Assembly: GCA_010356995.1 (NCBI GenBank)
Contig: ML996704.1
Coordinates: forward strand, 248,001 to 312,000
Direction: 5' to 3'
DNA: 64,000 nucleotides
DNA from: Trichodelitschia bisporula
Lineage: Eukaryota
Part shown: piece after piece, positions 12,901 to 26,095 of the stretch
How the letters are laid out: each line of letters starts with the position of its first letter
Position numbering within the stretch: the stretch's first letter is position 1
Translations under genes and position numbers: made by a program
The notes under the pieces: model-generated
Databases searched by the model: none
What the model was told of the DNA's origin: nothing
What the model saw: only the letters and a program-made list of their open reading frames with translations

Positions 12901-15567
12901 CACCGGGCCTCCAAACTGAAGTTGAACCCTCCAGGCCCAAGCTCAATTACTAGCTCCCTCCGGAGACTCCACCGAAGCTGGCCCCACTTAGCGGGCGGGA
13001 GCTTCAGCACGGCACGCCGCGCGGACCAGCGGGACGGGCGAGGGTTCGCCTCTTCAACGCTCGGATCGATCAAGCAGACCCACTTTAGCCGCGCTGCACG
13101 CGGGGCAGAAACAGACCCCCTTCCCCGAGCCGCAGAACGTTCGCATGCAGCAGCGGGACAAACTTCCGGCGCGCATGTCTCGCGCGCATGTCTCAGCGAT
13201 GGCGGGCGTCGGCGTCCTTCGTACTTCACCGCTCCCACAGTGCCGCTTACGGCATGAAGGTGTTCGGTGAGGGGGTCGGTGCAGATGTAGGTCTAGGGAT
13301 GAAACGACGGCTTTGGGCGGGTGGCGCTGGGGGATGCGTCTGGGTTTTTGCGGTGCCTTGCGTTTGAAACGAGATTTGGAGATGGTGGTGGCGAGATGCG
13401 GCTCGGGAGCGTTCTTGCCACCGCTCGCGCTTTTTGGTAGCTTCGTTAACCGGGCCCGAGACGGGGAGTCGGGCATCTCGATGACATTCCCATCTCCATC
13501 AAAATCAAACCGCAACAGAGCCGCCTCTCCTCTAATTACCCACCCAGCCTTGCTCGCAGAGACAGGGAGCGCCGTTGAGTCGCGAGCCTCACGACCCCGC
13601 GCCTCCTTAATTAAAAAAGGCAATGAGAAGTGACGTGCGCACGTCGGGCCAGACGCTCAGCGCAGGGCTTAGTGCCCACTGGCTCCGCGACGTAATCATC
13701 GAGGTGATCATCCTCTAGAACTAGTGAATCATGATTCCCGCACAGTGGTCCCCAGATGCATTCGAGGCCCGAGGATCGACATCGCGTTCCGACGACAGCG
13801 CGCTAGGAAATCTTGATTACCAACATAGAGGTACAGTAGATGATGAAACGGTAGTTGACATCTTGCACTCCGCAGCGCAACTAACAACCGGTTAGGTAAT
13901 GGTCGGCCGGCTGCCTTGGTGGCTTGCGCGTATAACGACAAGTTCCGCAGCGGAGACGTGCAGGTCCGTTTGACATCCCGATGTCGTGACGTATGTGACT
14001 TCCGCAACCCCACCTTCATCCAGCATCGAACCGCCGGCTCCCCATCGCCCTACACCCTCTCGCGAACCCCTCCTCCGCATCCTCAGAAACAACCCCACTT
14101 AACCGCCCAAACCCAGCCCCACCCGCCGTCACCATCAGCTCATTTATCAACCCATTCATCTAAGCGCCGCCGCGTCAAACACCCAGAACCTCCACGACCT
14201 CCACGAACAAAGGCCCACCTCTAACCCCTCGCCCTATTATCTCTCCACACTAGCCTCCCTCAACCTCCTTTGCCCTATTTCCTACCCCGCAGTAGCGCCC
14301 TTCGCACCTTCCGCACCCCGTCCCGCCAGAAAGGCACTGTACAACCGCTCCCGCGCGTACCACTTCCAAGGCCCGTAGCCTGTGTCCCCCCGCCCAGCAA
14401 GGCCGCTACTCGCGCAGGGTCCAGAACGTGCGGGCGGAGGATAGACACTCTGCCGGGACGATATCAGGTTCGCCGACGTATAACGCCGGGCATTTCCCCG
14501 CTCTGGCCTAGAGCCGATACCGACGCCCACGTTCCCCCGTTTCAAACAGCATTACCCTCTTCAAACCGCAGTGTTTCCCACGCAACTGCGACCCCACACA
14601 CGACAAACCCGAGTACATATCCGCCCGTCCCGCGCGCATGACTCCTTGCCCTGCCATCCACCCGGTGGGTGGCATGTAGGGCGGGCGGGCGCTAGAGCGT
14701 GCCTGCATTCCAGACGTCGAGCAGAGAGCGGGGTATGTAGTTTCCATGCGCACACCCGAACTATGGATCCGGCTTCGTGGTGCGGAGGGCGATATCAGCT
14801 GGTGATATCACGTTCACAGCCCATAGCCCTGCTCGCCTTGTCGTGATTTCTAGACCGGTCGTCCTGCTACGACTCACCGACCCTAGGTGGCTTAATGGAG
14901 CATATATATCCGTACCTGCGTCGCGGCCACGTCGCTGCCCTATGTGGTCGTGCGCTGCGTGGTGGTATCCTAATGCGCTTAGCCGGTATATAGACTCTAA
15001 TATGCTCTTACCTGATCTGGGCAGCGCTGGATGGCGCCGCAGAGGATGTTTGCGGGGCGTCGGTGTGCGAGGACGGAGGTCACTTGAGTGACTTACGACG
15101 ATGTACGAAGTACACATTGTGTCTTGAATCAAGCGAAGCATTTGCCATGTCCATCGATTTGCTAATCTACAATGAACCGCCGGCTCCTCCACGTGCTCGA
15201 TTCCTGTCCCGCATTGCCCTGCTTCGCATACGCTAGAATACACACCCGAAAACTCGGCATCCGACCGCGAGGTCTCGTGAAATAACAAACTTTTTGGTGG
15301 GTTTAGATACGAAAAGGCATCAGAAAACTCAAAGCACAACTTTTTTCCGTCCCACAAACGCCAGCTCATCCCATACTCCCCTCCCACAAAGAAACCCCTC
15401 CTTCGCCCTCGTGAGAGCAAAAAAAAGCCCATCTCGCACCAGAAAGCCACGGACAGGGTATATACCAGGGTACAACATGAGCAGCAACGGAAAAACGCGC
15501 ACATCACACAAGACAAGCAAATCTGACAGCAGCAAACAGCAAAAGGAGAGACACGCAGTGACGCCGG

Positions 15568-18500
15568 CTAGTCACCTTCCGTGCCCGTGCCCGTGCTCGG
15601 CGTCAGGCTGCTCCGGTTCTCGCCGGAGCTCCCAAACGTAGCCATGCTCGCGCGCTGCGCAATCCGCTCCCTCGACCCCGACGCCGGTGTCATGAGGCCC
15701 TGTAAGCCGCCGCCCGGCAACCCGGTGGCAGACGCACCGGCGCTGTTGAGCCCGGACGACGGCCCGCCCGGGCCGGACTGCGACTTGCGATTGTGAGGCT
15801 CGCCGTGGGTATCTCGCATGCGCTTGATTTCGCGGAGACGGTTGCGCCAGGGCGAGAAGTGATCGTCGTGTTCGCGGTTCGCCCATACGAGACTGAAAAC
15901 CGAGGCGTTGAGCGCCAGGAAACGGATGAAGCTGGGGAGGGCGCGGAAGGTGAGGAGTTTGGCTTCGGCGGCGGAGGAGATCTCAGGAAAGCCGGGGCGG
16001 CTGACGACTTGGACTTTGTAGACGTAGCTTAGCCGGTCGGTGGTGCGGAGGGAGACGAAAGAGGGGGCGGTTTCGGGGGTTATGATGATGTAGACGTAGT
16101 TGAAGGCGCTGGGGAAGGTGTCGAACTTGAACGGGAGCCCAGACTCGTTCCACACGACGTTGACGAAATCGTTTCCGATGTGGCTCTTCTTCTTGGTGCA
16201 TTGTGGATCATACTCCAGGTCTGTCGGCATCATCGTCGTGGCGTGGAAGACAATTTCGGTTGCCCTATCGCGCCACGCGTACGTGTACTTCCCATCCGAG
16301 TCGCCATGACGGTCAAGGCCTTGAGTGTTGAACCTTGCGTCCTTGAGCCGCATCAATGTGCCCAACGCGCTGACGAACGATGTGTAGTCTGCAGAGCCAT
16401 ACGTGTTGGCAAGAATCTCCGCCTCCGATGTTTGGCCAGGGGCGATGTATATGACGCCGACCTTATGCCCGTCGACAGTGGGATTTAGGTCGAAGCTACT
16501 AAGCGCACGTCTAGTCATATCATCATCAGGAAGTGGAATTGGTCGCTCGTTGATCCATCCGGGAGGTGCAGCAATGGTAAGCGGGGCGTAAGACTCTTGT
16601 AAGATGTCGTCTGGCAGCACTCCCGTATAGGCGGAGCTGCGGAAAGCACCATACTCCAGGCCTACAGTGAGTGGAACCTGATGGCGAGGAGGGGAAGTGA
16701 GCGACGGCTGTAGTATGTGGTATTTCGTCCCAGACTAGCACGGTTAGCTTACTGGTCCACAAGCGGAAACGAAAATAGGTACCGGTCTTCGGTGAGTGAT
16801 CTGGGAAAGGCCCGTACGTCCCGCAGTCTCAATCGTCAAGAAACTCAATCCAACAATCCAAGTCCGACGAGAAACTTCGCCATCGGCCGGTTTGGCGAAG
16901 TCTGGCTTATACACCGTTTCGTCCCGGTCGGAGAAGGCAATTTTGTCCATCATGTCCAATGTGACCAAGGCTTGCTCTTCAAAGTCGTAGTTGCCGAATT
17001 TGTCGGTAAATGCAAGCTTTTCGGCAATCCAAGGCTTGTAGATAGGCCGGTCCTGAAGCTTGAGTGCCATGAACCAAAAGGTAATGACGTGATATGCCAA
17101 AGCGTGAACATATTGCGGAAGATCATCCGATGGTGATCCAATGTTGGGACGAGAGTCTTGATCCGACTGCTGTCGAAGCTCACGGAAGCTGTCGCTGTGT
17201 CGCATGACTGCGGCCCTGCTTGGACGCGCAAGAGGTTGGCTTGCCTCCTTTTCTTTCTGATCACGGGAGTACTGCAAGTACCGGAAGCTGACGCCAAACA
17301 CCATCTTATATTCCTCCTGGGAAAAGTTCTTGTAGAGCTCAGGCATCCGCGCAAGGCCCGTCAGGAACTCCAGGATATGGATGGCAATCTGGGGTTGCGT
17401 GATGATTTGCGACATCTTTTGGACGATGATGTCTAGACACTTGCTGGTAGACGACCGCAGCTCATGACAGCATACGGACAAGGCGTGGATGCACCACTTT
17501 GACGTTCGATCCCAGGATCCGATTCCAAGCGTTAAGGCGCGCACAATCTCATCCTGCTCGCCCTTGCTGAATTGGGTGCGGTAGCTGATGAGCATGGTGA
17601 GAACGTGGAACAAACATATAGCAACATCTGCCTTCTTCAGAGAAGTGTAACTCGGCGGGTCATGAAAGCTCGAAGCACGGATCTGCTCACAGAGGACGGC
17701 CCGCAAAAGCTGGATTTGTGGAGATGCAGCCCTGAAGAGGTTTTGGTTGCCGAGTTGAGCGCCCAAGTGGACCACGACATAGCTGTATATCTCCCAATCC
17801 GTCTCCGGATACTGCAGAAGCCCGATTACGGTCTCCAACCAATGCGTTATCTTGAGCACCTTTGGTGCATCTGGGGCGTCCTTGACTGGCGTCTCGAGGA
17901 AGGAATACAGACAGGTGCTGGCATCCGGTGGGGGCTCCTCGGGCAAACCCTTGGGTCCAGGGTAGAACCAGAGGGGTGGAACAGGTCTCCTGACGTTGAA
18001 CGCTTTTTGCTTGAGCGATGAGCTTTGCAAGACACCACTAGCCGCACCTTTCGCGTCTCTTGATACAGCCTCCTCCGCTGCTTGAATCCAATTGGCCGTT
18101 TCAACTGTCCGGCACAGGACTGCTGCCATACTTTCGGACTCTGAAAGTGGGCGTATGTAGATGGCACAGTCACTGTTTGCTCGCAGGCGACAGAGTAGCT
18201 TCACAGCACATATCCTGGCATCAGTGGCGATTTCATGGCTTCTGGCAATCTGGAGGACTAAATCAAATAGCGCCTCCGCCTTGCCAGTGCTCCTATTGAT
18301 ATTGCCGATGAACATGCGAACGACGTGCTTCGCTGCGACACGGCAGAGCGAAGCTGGAGTCGAAACTGAGAGCCCAGTAGCCAAAGAAGCTGACGGAGAA
18401 CCACTCTGGGATGTTGTTGAGGAACGTCGTTGGAAAATGGTAGCGCGAAAGGCTGCGAGTACGAAATCGAGGGTGTCCTGGTCAGCGCGCTCAACGACAG

Positions 18501-20364
18501 CAACGCCAAAACTTGCTAAGATTTCGAGAACAAGCGGATCGTTCTCTACGCTCATTTTCTCCAAGAACATACGGGCAAAATCGAGTGGCTTATCTCCTGG
18601 TAAGCATTCAATAGAGGCGTAGGCGTCCCTAAGAAAGCTTGCCGTAAGGACGCGGAGATCCGACGGTCGGGACTGGTCCTGGAGGAACTCTACGGAAAGC
18701 CGTTTGCATATTGCCTCCCATTCGTCATTCGAGGGATAGATCAGGCGATCGTTGGCACAATGTCTAATCAAAGTTTCGGCGGCCTGATCGTCGAGTTTCG
18801 AGCCGAGTTCTAGGAATAGGCCTACCATCAGATCCTTACGCAGGAGGTCTGAGGTAGGGAACATGCGGCAGAGTTCGGATATGATGGCGCCAAAGGCTTC
18901 TGATCCCCGTACCACATCCGAGTCCGACACACTCTCAAGGCTTGAAGTATCGGCGGCGTCCTGTATCGCGTTGCCAGAGGCCGGGCGACCAAGAGCCAGC
19001 CCATCTGTGCACTTGACTATGGAGGACGTGAAGCAACTCCAGTCCACCTCCGCAGCCAATGCCCGGGCCAACTCTTCGTCACCAAGCAAACCCTGGAGTA
19101 GGAGGAGGACGTCTAACTCCAGCTTCCGCTCTCCGATGTCGAGCGCATGGTCTATGGCTGGCATGATAGACGAGATCGGCACGATGGGCAACTCTTCGCT
19201 TCCGTGGGCTAATACCAAATGTGACAGGGCGGACAGGGCTCCTCGGACTACATTAGGTGGTTGCCCAGGTGGTGTTGACGCGGTTTCGAGGATATGTACA
19301 AGCTCTTGTACGGCTGATTGACCGAGGTGGGAGCGAAAGATATTTCCGAGCACCTCCCAACTGTGCGTCTTGAGTGAGCTGAGCTGGCGGTGCACGTCGC
19401 ATAGCAACTCAAGGCAGGGGCGGAGAGTCGAGTGGGGCACTTCCGTGAATGTGATGAGGCTATTTATGACCTTTGTGGCACAGACAATGTCGGCTTCAGA
19501 TGTCGTCTTTTTGCAGATCAGAATGATTTGGTCCAATAGTCGAATGAACCCATCCTCTTGAATGACCTGTGCGTTGAACTTGGTGACTTCAATAATGAAG
19601 TCAAAGATCCCCTCCAGCACAGTCTCACGGGCAACAGTCTCGGGGTTTCCTTTGCGACCCTGCTTCCGCATCTGAGAAGCACTATTAAAGCTGACCTCGA
19701 GAAATTGCGTTAACAAGGGGGCGATATGTGGTTCAAACGGATCTATGTCCCGTCCATTATTGGTGAGCTCAACAAGTGCCCGGAAACGGAGGTCGGTATG
19801 GCCATGGTGGTCGCTGGAAGAAATTGCATCGAAAAAGAGCTTCCGTTCTCTAGGAGACAAGCCCGACTGGCCGGTGCAGCTGATGAGCAGATTGTATCCG
19901 GACCGAGAGGCTTCAGCCGAGTCGTGGCGCAGGAGATCACGACCGGCCGTCCAGAGGGTCAACAGATTTTTGACCGGGTATTTGCGCAAAATGGAACTAG
20001 CCTGGTCCGCGGCATTGATACGCTCAGTCGAGGTGTGAGCTTTCCTCAGCAGCTCCAGAACACCTGGCAGTTCAGGAGGGCCTCCCACTATGTCATCCAG
20101 GCGCAGAGGAGCATCCGGCTCGGAGTCTATTCCGGACACGGGACTCGATGCCGACGTCGACTCTTTATCTTGAAGTTCAGAGCGTATGGGAAGGTCTGCA
20201 GTACTCTCCCCGTGCACAAAGGACGGCTGTGCGAGTGTATTGGAAGGCGGCGCCTGCGACGACGATTTTGGCCGACCGGAGGTTAGAGTTCTGAAGGCAC
20301 TCAGTAGGGTGGATTGTGAGGGCCGCCTTTCAGGCGTCCGCGGGTCATCTCCCGGCGGAGGCAT
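15568..20364 (-). CDS. TSC2: Tuberin (TSC2), Rheb GTPase-activating protein
   Basis: Two exons (20364-16783, 16734-15568; intron GTACCT..GCTAAC..TAG). C-terminal Rap-GAP motifs HKVGVIYI, IVFHATTMMP and KKKSHIGNDFVNVVWNES; tuberin-domain motif AIHILEFLTGLARMP. Confidence 0.93.
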
Positions 20365-22056
20365 AAGGGTGAGTCAGAGCGCGCAGTGAGTTTGAGGATC
20401 AGGTCGTTTCCTAGGCGTTGGTAACCTGCCGTTAGCAGGGCTACAGAATTTCTTTGTTGGGGAGGAGTTCCATGGCCGAGGGTCTCTGGTGTGAAGGGGT
20501 TCACGGGGGAGGGTCATGAAGCAAGGCTGGAAAGGTGACGCATTTCGTCCGCCTCGAGCTCCACGCATGACCCCACCCAGCTCGAGAGCAGGCTGCGCAG
20601 TATGTACTGGGCGCAGTATGACAGAGCTTAACCGTGAGATGCACCAGTAAGGTGCGGAAGGTATCAGAACGAGATAACTCACAGGATCAGAGCAGACGAG
20701 GCATGACCAAAGAGTCCAGGACGTAGGAAAGTTGTGGGGAGCTAATTATTTTGCCCACGACGGAGGACAGGGCGGCATGCGTAAGCGCCCCATGGAAGTG
20801 TCTGCAGGGCGGCGGGTAGGGCGTGTGGGGGAAGGGAGGTGGGGCAGTTGCGGTAGATGGGGAAAGCAAAGACTTTCAGACCATCCAAAGGGGGACAGTT
20901 GGTTAGCGTTATGACGGGCTCACAGCCCTCATTGAGGCGAAAAAGGATCACGAGATTGGATAGCCAGTCGGAGGTTGTCAGAGCGTGACTGAATCGCGGG
21001 GATTTTGTTGATCCGTCCGAAACAAAAGTCATGTGATACATGATCTTCGACTTCACCTTTGTTCTTCCACACGTGACGAACCTCGCGTCGTCCATAATTG
21101 CACGTCTGTCGCCCTCAAGGAGGAGGCATTTCGTCCGGACTATGAAGTTATATTGCTGTGATGAGAGAGACAAGAACTAGCTTGTCATCCTATCCAGACT
21201 GGTTGGTAACCTTACCATTCCCATGTGAAAGTTGCCATCAGGGCAGAGTAACCTTACTTGTGGAGATATGCAGAGGCTTCTACAACGGACTGAATAAAAG
21301 AACACCATTATCTTGTAGAGCTGCGTTGGCGTCTTCGAGCTCTGATCTTGCGTTCCTACCCATCTGTGTGCCCGCATCCATCAGACCTCAAAATCTATGT
21401 GCAGTAGATGATCGGCGTTGTACATACGGGGAGGAACAGCAAGGCTAGGGGAGACAAAGTGCATTCCCCATCCACTTTACGCGAAGAATGACGGGGCCAA
21501 TGTTGAAGCTACAACATCTCACTTTGAGCCCATTTACAGTACGTGATGAGTCAAGTAGCACATTTCCATCAGCATACACGGTACCCGTAGTATCGTGAGC
21601 AAGGTTGTTGAGATGATAGCCAAAGTCAGAAGAAATACAATATAAACAACCCCACCTCCTGTGTTTTTTTGGAGTGAGGGGCACAACAGTTCTTTCTCAC
21701 CCTGTCCCTGTACGATGATTTATTGGGGAGGGGGAAGAGAACGCTTTCCCCAATCCATGCCTCTTTGATAAACTCCACGATGCATCATCCCGGTTCTCTT
21801 TGCAGCTGGCCTTGGCCCGCCCCGCAAAACCTGCAACGGCCCGTGCTAACTTTGTTCCGGACAAGGCCCGCGTCCGAATGAGCTCACTGGAGGGCGAGTG
21901 GCGGAGAGTAGAACTACGCAGTAGAACAGCATCAGAAAAAAGAGGCCGACACATTCTCCTGTTTTCCGCCTCCCCCGACACAGATATCCTCTACCCTCAT
22001 AAATCACCTTCTCTCCTGCGCTCTCGTTGTTTTATTCCCCCCCTCCAACCGCGATC

Positions 22057-25000
22057 ATGGCGCTCCCCCTGCCCCAGCTGCTGGAAATCAGTTTGAATCC
22101 AGCGCAAACCAAACAAGGTTTGTTTACACCTTGCGGCTACCAGGCCACCGCGCTGGAGTGCTTCGCTTCCTATATTGACAGCTTGTAGCCGAAGAAACAC
22201 TAAAAGCGCAAGAGAAAGCGCCTGGGTTCTCTGTCGCGCTCCTCCACATCGTCGCCGATGCTTCGTGCTCGCCGAGCGTTCGCCTCGCGGCGGCGCTCTT
22301 CTTCAAGAACTTTATCAAGCGGAACTGGATTGTACACTGCCCCGGTCAACCGGATGATACATGCTTATGATTTTGTAGGACGAAACAGGAAACTACAAGC
22401 TCACGGACATTGACCACTTGACCATCAAGAAGGAGCTCATCGGCCTGATGATCTCGGTTCCTCCAAATCTACAGAGCCAACTCGGAGAAGCCATTAGCGT
22501 GATCGCGGACAGCGATTTCTGGGAGCGATGGGATACTTTAGTGGATGTATGTCGTGCATTCCACCCCACAAGGTTTGTAGAAAAGTGGTGGCTGACCTAG
22601 TGCTAGGACCTGGTTTCGAGGCTGACGCCAGACAACCCCGAAGTGAATAACGGAGTTCTTCAAGTTGCACATTCCATCTTCAAGCGGTGGCGGCCGCTCT
22701 TCCGATCGGATGCTCTGTTCACGGAGATCAACCATGTCCTCTCAAAGTTCAGCCAGCCCTTCCTCCAGCTCTTGCAGGTACTTGCCCCCGCCCTCTACTG
22801 ATGTATGCATACTGAGTCTTCTGTAGACCACCGACGCAGCTATCACCCAAAATGCGAATAACAAGGCGGCATTGCACCAGCATTTCGCCACCCTTTCCCT
22901 GATCGTCAAGCTGTTCTACGACCTCTCCTGCCAGGATCTTCCTCCGCTCTTCGAAGAACACCTCGACAGCCTCGCAGGTCTTCTTCACAAGTATCTGACG
23001 TACGACAACCCGCTTCTGCATACGGACGACGATGCGGAGTCAGGACTCCAAGAATACGTGAAGGCGGGCATCTTCGAATCTCTCACGCTCTATGTCCAAA
23101 AGTACGAAGATGCTATTGGACCGCTGCTAGGCGGCTTCGTCGGCAGCTCCTGGAACTTCCTCACCACTGTCGGCATCGAGACAAAGTATGACATTCTCGT
23201 CAGCAAGGCACTGCAGTTCCTCACGTCCGTGGCTAAAATCCCGGAGCATGCGAAAACTTTCAGCGACGAGGCGACGCTTAGCCAAGTTGTCGAGAAGGTC
23301 ATACTGCCAAACCTTGCCTTGCGCGAATCTGACCTGGAATTGTTTGAGGACGAGCCTATCGAATTCATTAGGCGCGATCTGGAAGGCTCGGATAGTGAAA
23401 CTCGGCGCCGGGCGGCTACGGACTTCCTTCGTCAACTGATGGAGCACTTCGAACCCCTGGTCACGTCCGTCGTTCAAAAGTACATTACCCACTACTTGCA
23501 AGACTACGCGAAGGACCGCGCTAGCAACTGGAAGTCAAAGGATACGGCCGTTTACCTGTTCTGCGCCATTGCGATGAAGGGAACGGTAACCGCGGGCCAG
23601 GGCGTCAAGAGTATAAATCCCGGTGTCGATGTGCTTCGCTTCTTCCAGGATAACATCGCGGAGGACTTGGCTGGATCCAGCGTTCATCCGATTCTGCAAG
23701 TGGATTCGATCAAGTACATCTACATTTTCCGCTCTCAACTCACCCAGCAGTACTGGCATGCGGCCTTCCCTCTCCTGGTGCAGCATCTGAACTCCTCCAA
23801 CTATGTCATCTACACATACGCTGCGATCGCCGTGGAACGCGCACTTTTCCTCTCCAATCAGGAAACCAAGGAGCCGATTATACCAAAGGCAGACGTTGTC
23901 GCCATGTCTAAGGATCTTCTGCAACATCTGTTCAAGCTGATCACGAAGGATGTTGCGCCGGAGAAGGTCCAGGAGAATGAGTTTTTGATGCGCTGTGTCA
24001 TGCGCGTTCTGATCTTCATTCGCGAAGCTGTGGTACCGATACTTGACTATGTCCTGCACAGCTTCATCAGCATCACGATGGTCATCCGTCACAATCCTTC
24101 GAACCCTCGCTTCTACTATTACCACTTCGAGGGCATTGGAGCCTTGATTCGTTTCGCGGCGCCGACCAACCCTACGCCATTCCAAACAGACCTCTTCAGT
24201 GCGTTCGCAACGATCCTCGAATCGGACGTCCCTGAATTCGCGCCGTATGTGTTCCAGTTGCTTGCCGCCATGCTGGAAGCGCTCCCTGAGGGACAGATTC
24301 CAAACTCGTTCGAGGCCATCATCCCCCCCGTTCTGCTCCCCGCAGTGTGGGAATCGAAGGGTAACGTTCCTGCGCTGGTGCGGTTGCTCAACGCCATCAT
24401 TCCGCGTGCCACTGCCAGCATCGCGGCCAATGGCCAGTTGGAGCCTATCCTCGGCATCTTCCAGAAGCTCGTTTCCACACGCGTCCAAGAGTCGCATGGC
24501 ATGGACTTGATTGAGACCATCGTCTCGTCATTCCCGCCCGATACTCTCGCCCCCTACTGGACCCCAATGTTGACTATCATGCTTGGCCGCCTCTCGAACA
24601 ACAAGACTGAGACATTTGCCCTTCGTTTCGTGCGCTTCTACCACCTGGTGTGCACTCGTGATGACAAGGGGCTTGGTGCTGATTTCTTCATCAAGGTCAC
24701 GGATCAGGTCCAGCATGAGTAAGGCGCAGTTTTATGCCTTCTAGGACGCGTATGTTAATCTTCTCCAGTGTCTTCCGGCCTGTCTATACCGGCATCATTC
24801 TTCCAGATACCCAGAAGCTCACCAAGCCCTCTGACCGCAAAATTGCTGTTGTGTCCCTCACCAAGACGCTCGCAGACTCGGAAGCCTTCGTCGAACGGTA
24901 AGTCAACATCCCACCCTAACCAACATCCACTAACACTCCACAGTTACCAAAAAGGCTGGGCTTTGACCTGCGAAGCTCTCCTCAAGCTCCTCATCAACCC

Positions 25001-25259
25001 TCCCGTCCCGACCGCTCCCGACGACGCCATCGCCGAGCAAGACGTGGACGACCTGAGTTTCGGCGTCGGCTTCACACAGCTGAACACCTGCAAGAAGCTG
25101 CCGCGTGATCCCTTCCCCGAGATCCCGGATGTCACGGCGTGGGTCGGTACGTACCTGCAGACTGCGGACCAACGGCACAGCGGGCGTATTGGTGCCTATG
25201 TCAAGGATCGCCTGTCGGATAATGCGCGGCAGACGCTGATGGGGCTCATGGGTATCTAG
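22057..25259 (+). CDS. CSE1: Exportin-2 / importin-alpha re-exporter Cse1
   Basis: RLAAALFFKNFIKRNW, QSQLGEAISVIADSDFWERWDTL, DLSCQDLPPLFEE, ELFEDEPIEFIRRDLEGSDSETRRRAATDFL, NPSNPRFYYYHFE. Several short introns. Confidence 0.95.
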
Positions 25260-26095
25260 GGGCGTGTACGCTTGGTTTAATTGTAGACTTCGTAATATGT
25301 AATGCCTGGCTGTTTGTGCTGGGTCGGATGTGGATGAGGGTACATATTGTACTTGAGGACATGAGTATTACGAACCTCAAACATGGGGAACTGTTGCTCG
25401 CAGGTAGACTGGGTATCTTGTGTTGGTGACCTGTGTTTGAAGACTGAAGACAAAGTGTATAGATAACCAAGACAAAGTCACTTTTTGCTGCGGTCCTTTA
25501 ACCGGTGATACGTCTAGATGCATCAGCATCAGTTCCACGAACTCGAATTGACCCTCAAGCTATGGATGATCAAAGCAGCAGCATGCAAAATTGCGACTTA
25601 GGTATTATTACAGACAAGCGAGTGACCACCCATACTCGATCGGATACTAAGCCATGGCCGTAGAACGTAATACCGTAACACCAGAGTGCGTAAGCAAGCA
25701 AGATACACGAAGTCGAGAGACCTGACATATTTTGACGCAGCCCCTTAACAGCACACGACGCTCCATTTACTTTTCTGCATCCTCGGAACAAAGGAACAAG
25801 ACAAACAAGATAGTAAACACCAGGAGCCCATCAGACGAAAAAAGACATCCACGAATGATTATGTAGCGCGAGGACAATCATGACCGCATAAGAACTTCGC
25901 ATCGCTCATAAACACAGAAAACGAGGGTACAAGAACAGGAAAAAGTAGCCCCCAACTCGCTATTGAATAAGTTGGAAGAAGAAATTAGGTTAGCGTCATT
26001 CTCGTACGAACAGCGCTTGCTGATATCAATCTTCCAGGTCCTTACGTGATGCCAACCAGACAGAATTTTGTACACCGAGCTATGGATTATGAGAT

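Noticed and set aside
23535..24497. Long antisense ORFs opposite CSE1, EDC4-like and other genes
   Set aside because: Expected shadow ORFs of GC-rich, codon-biased genes.
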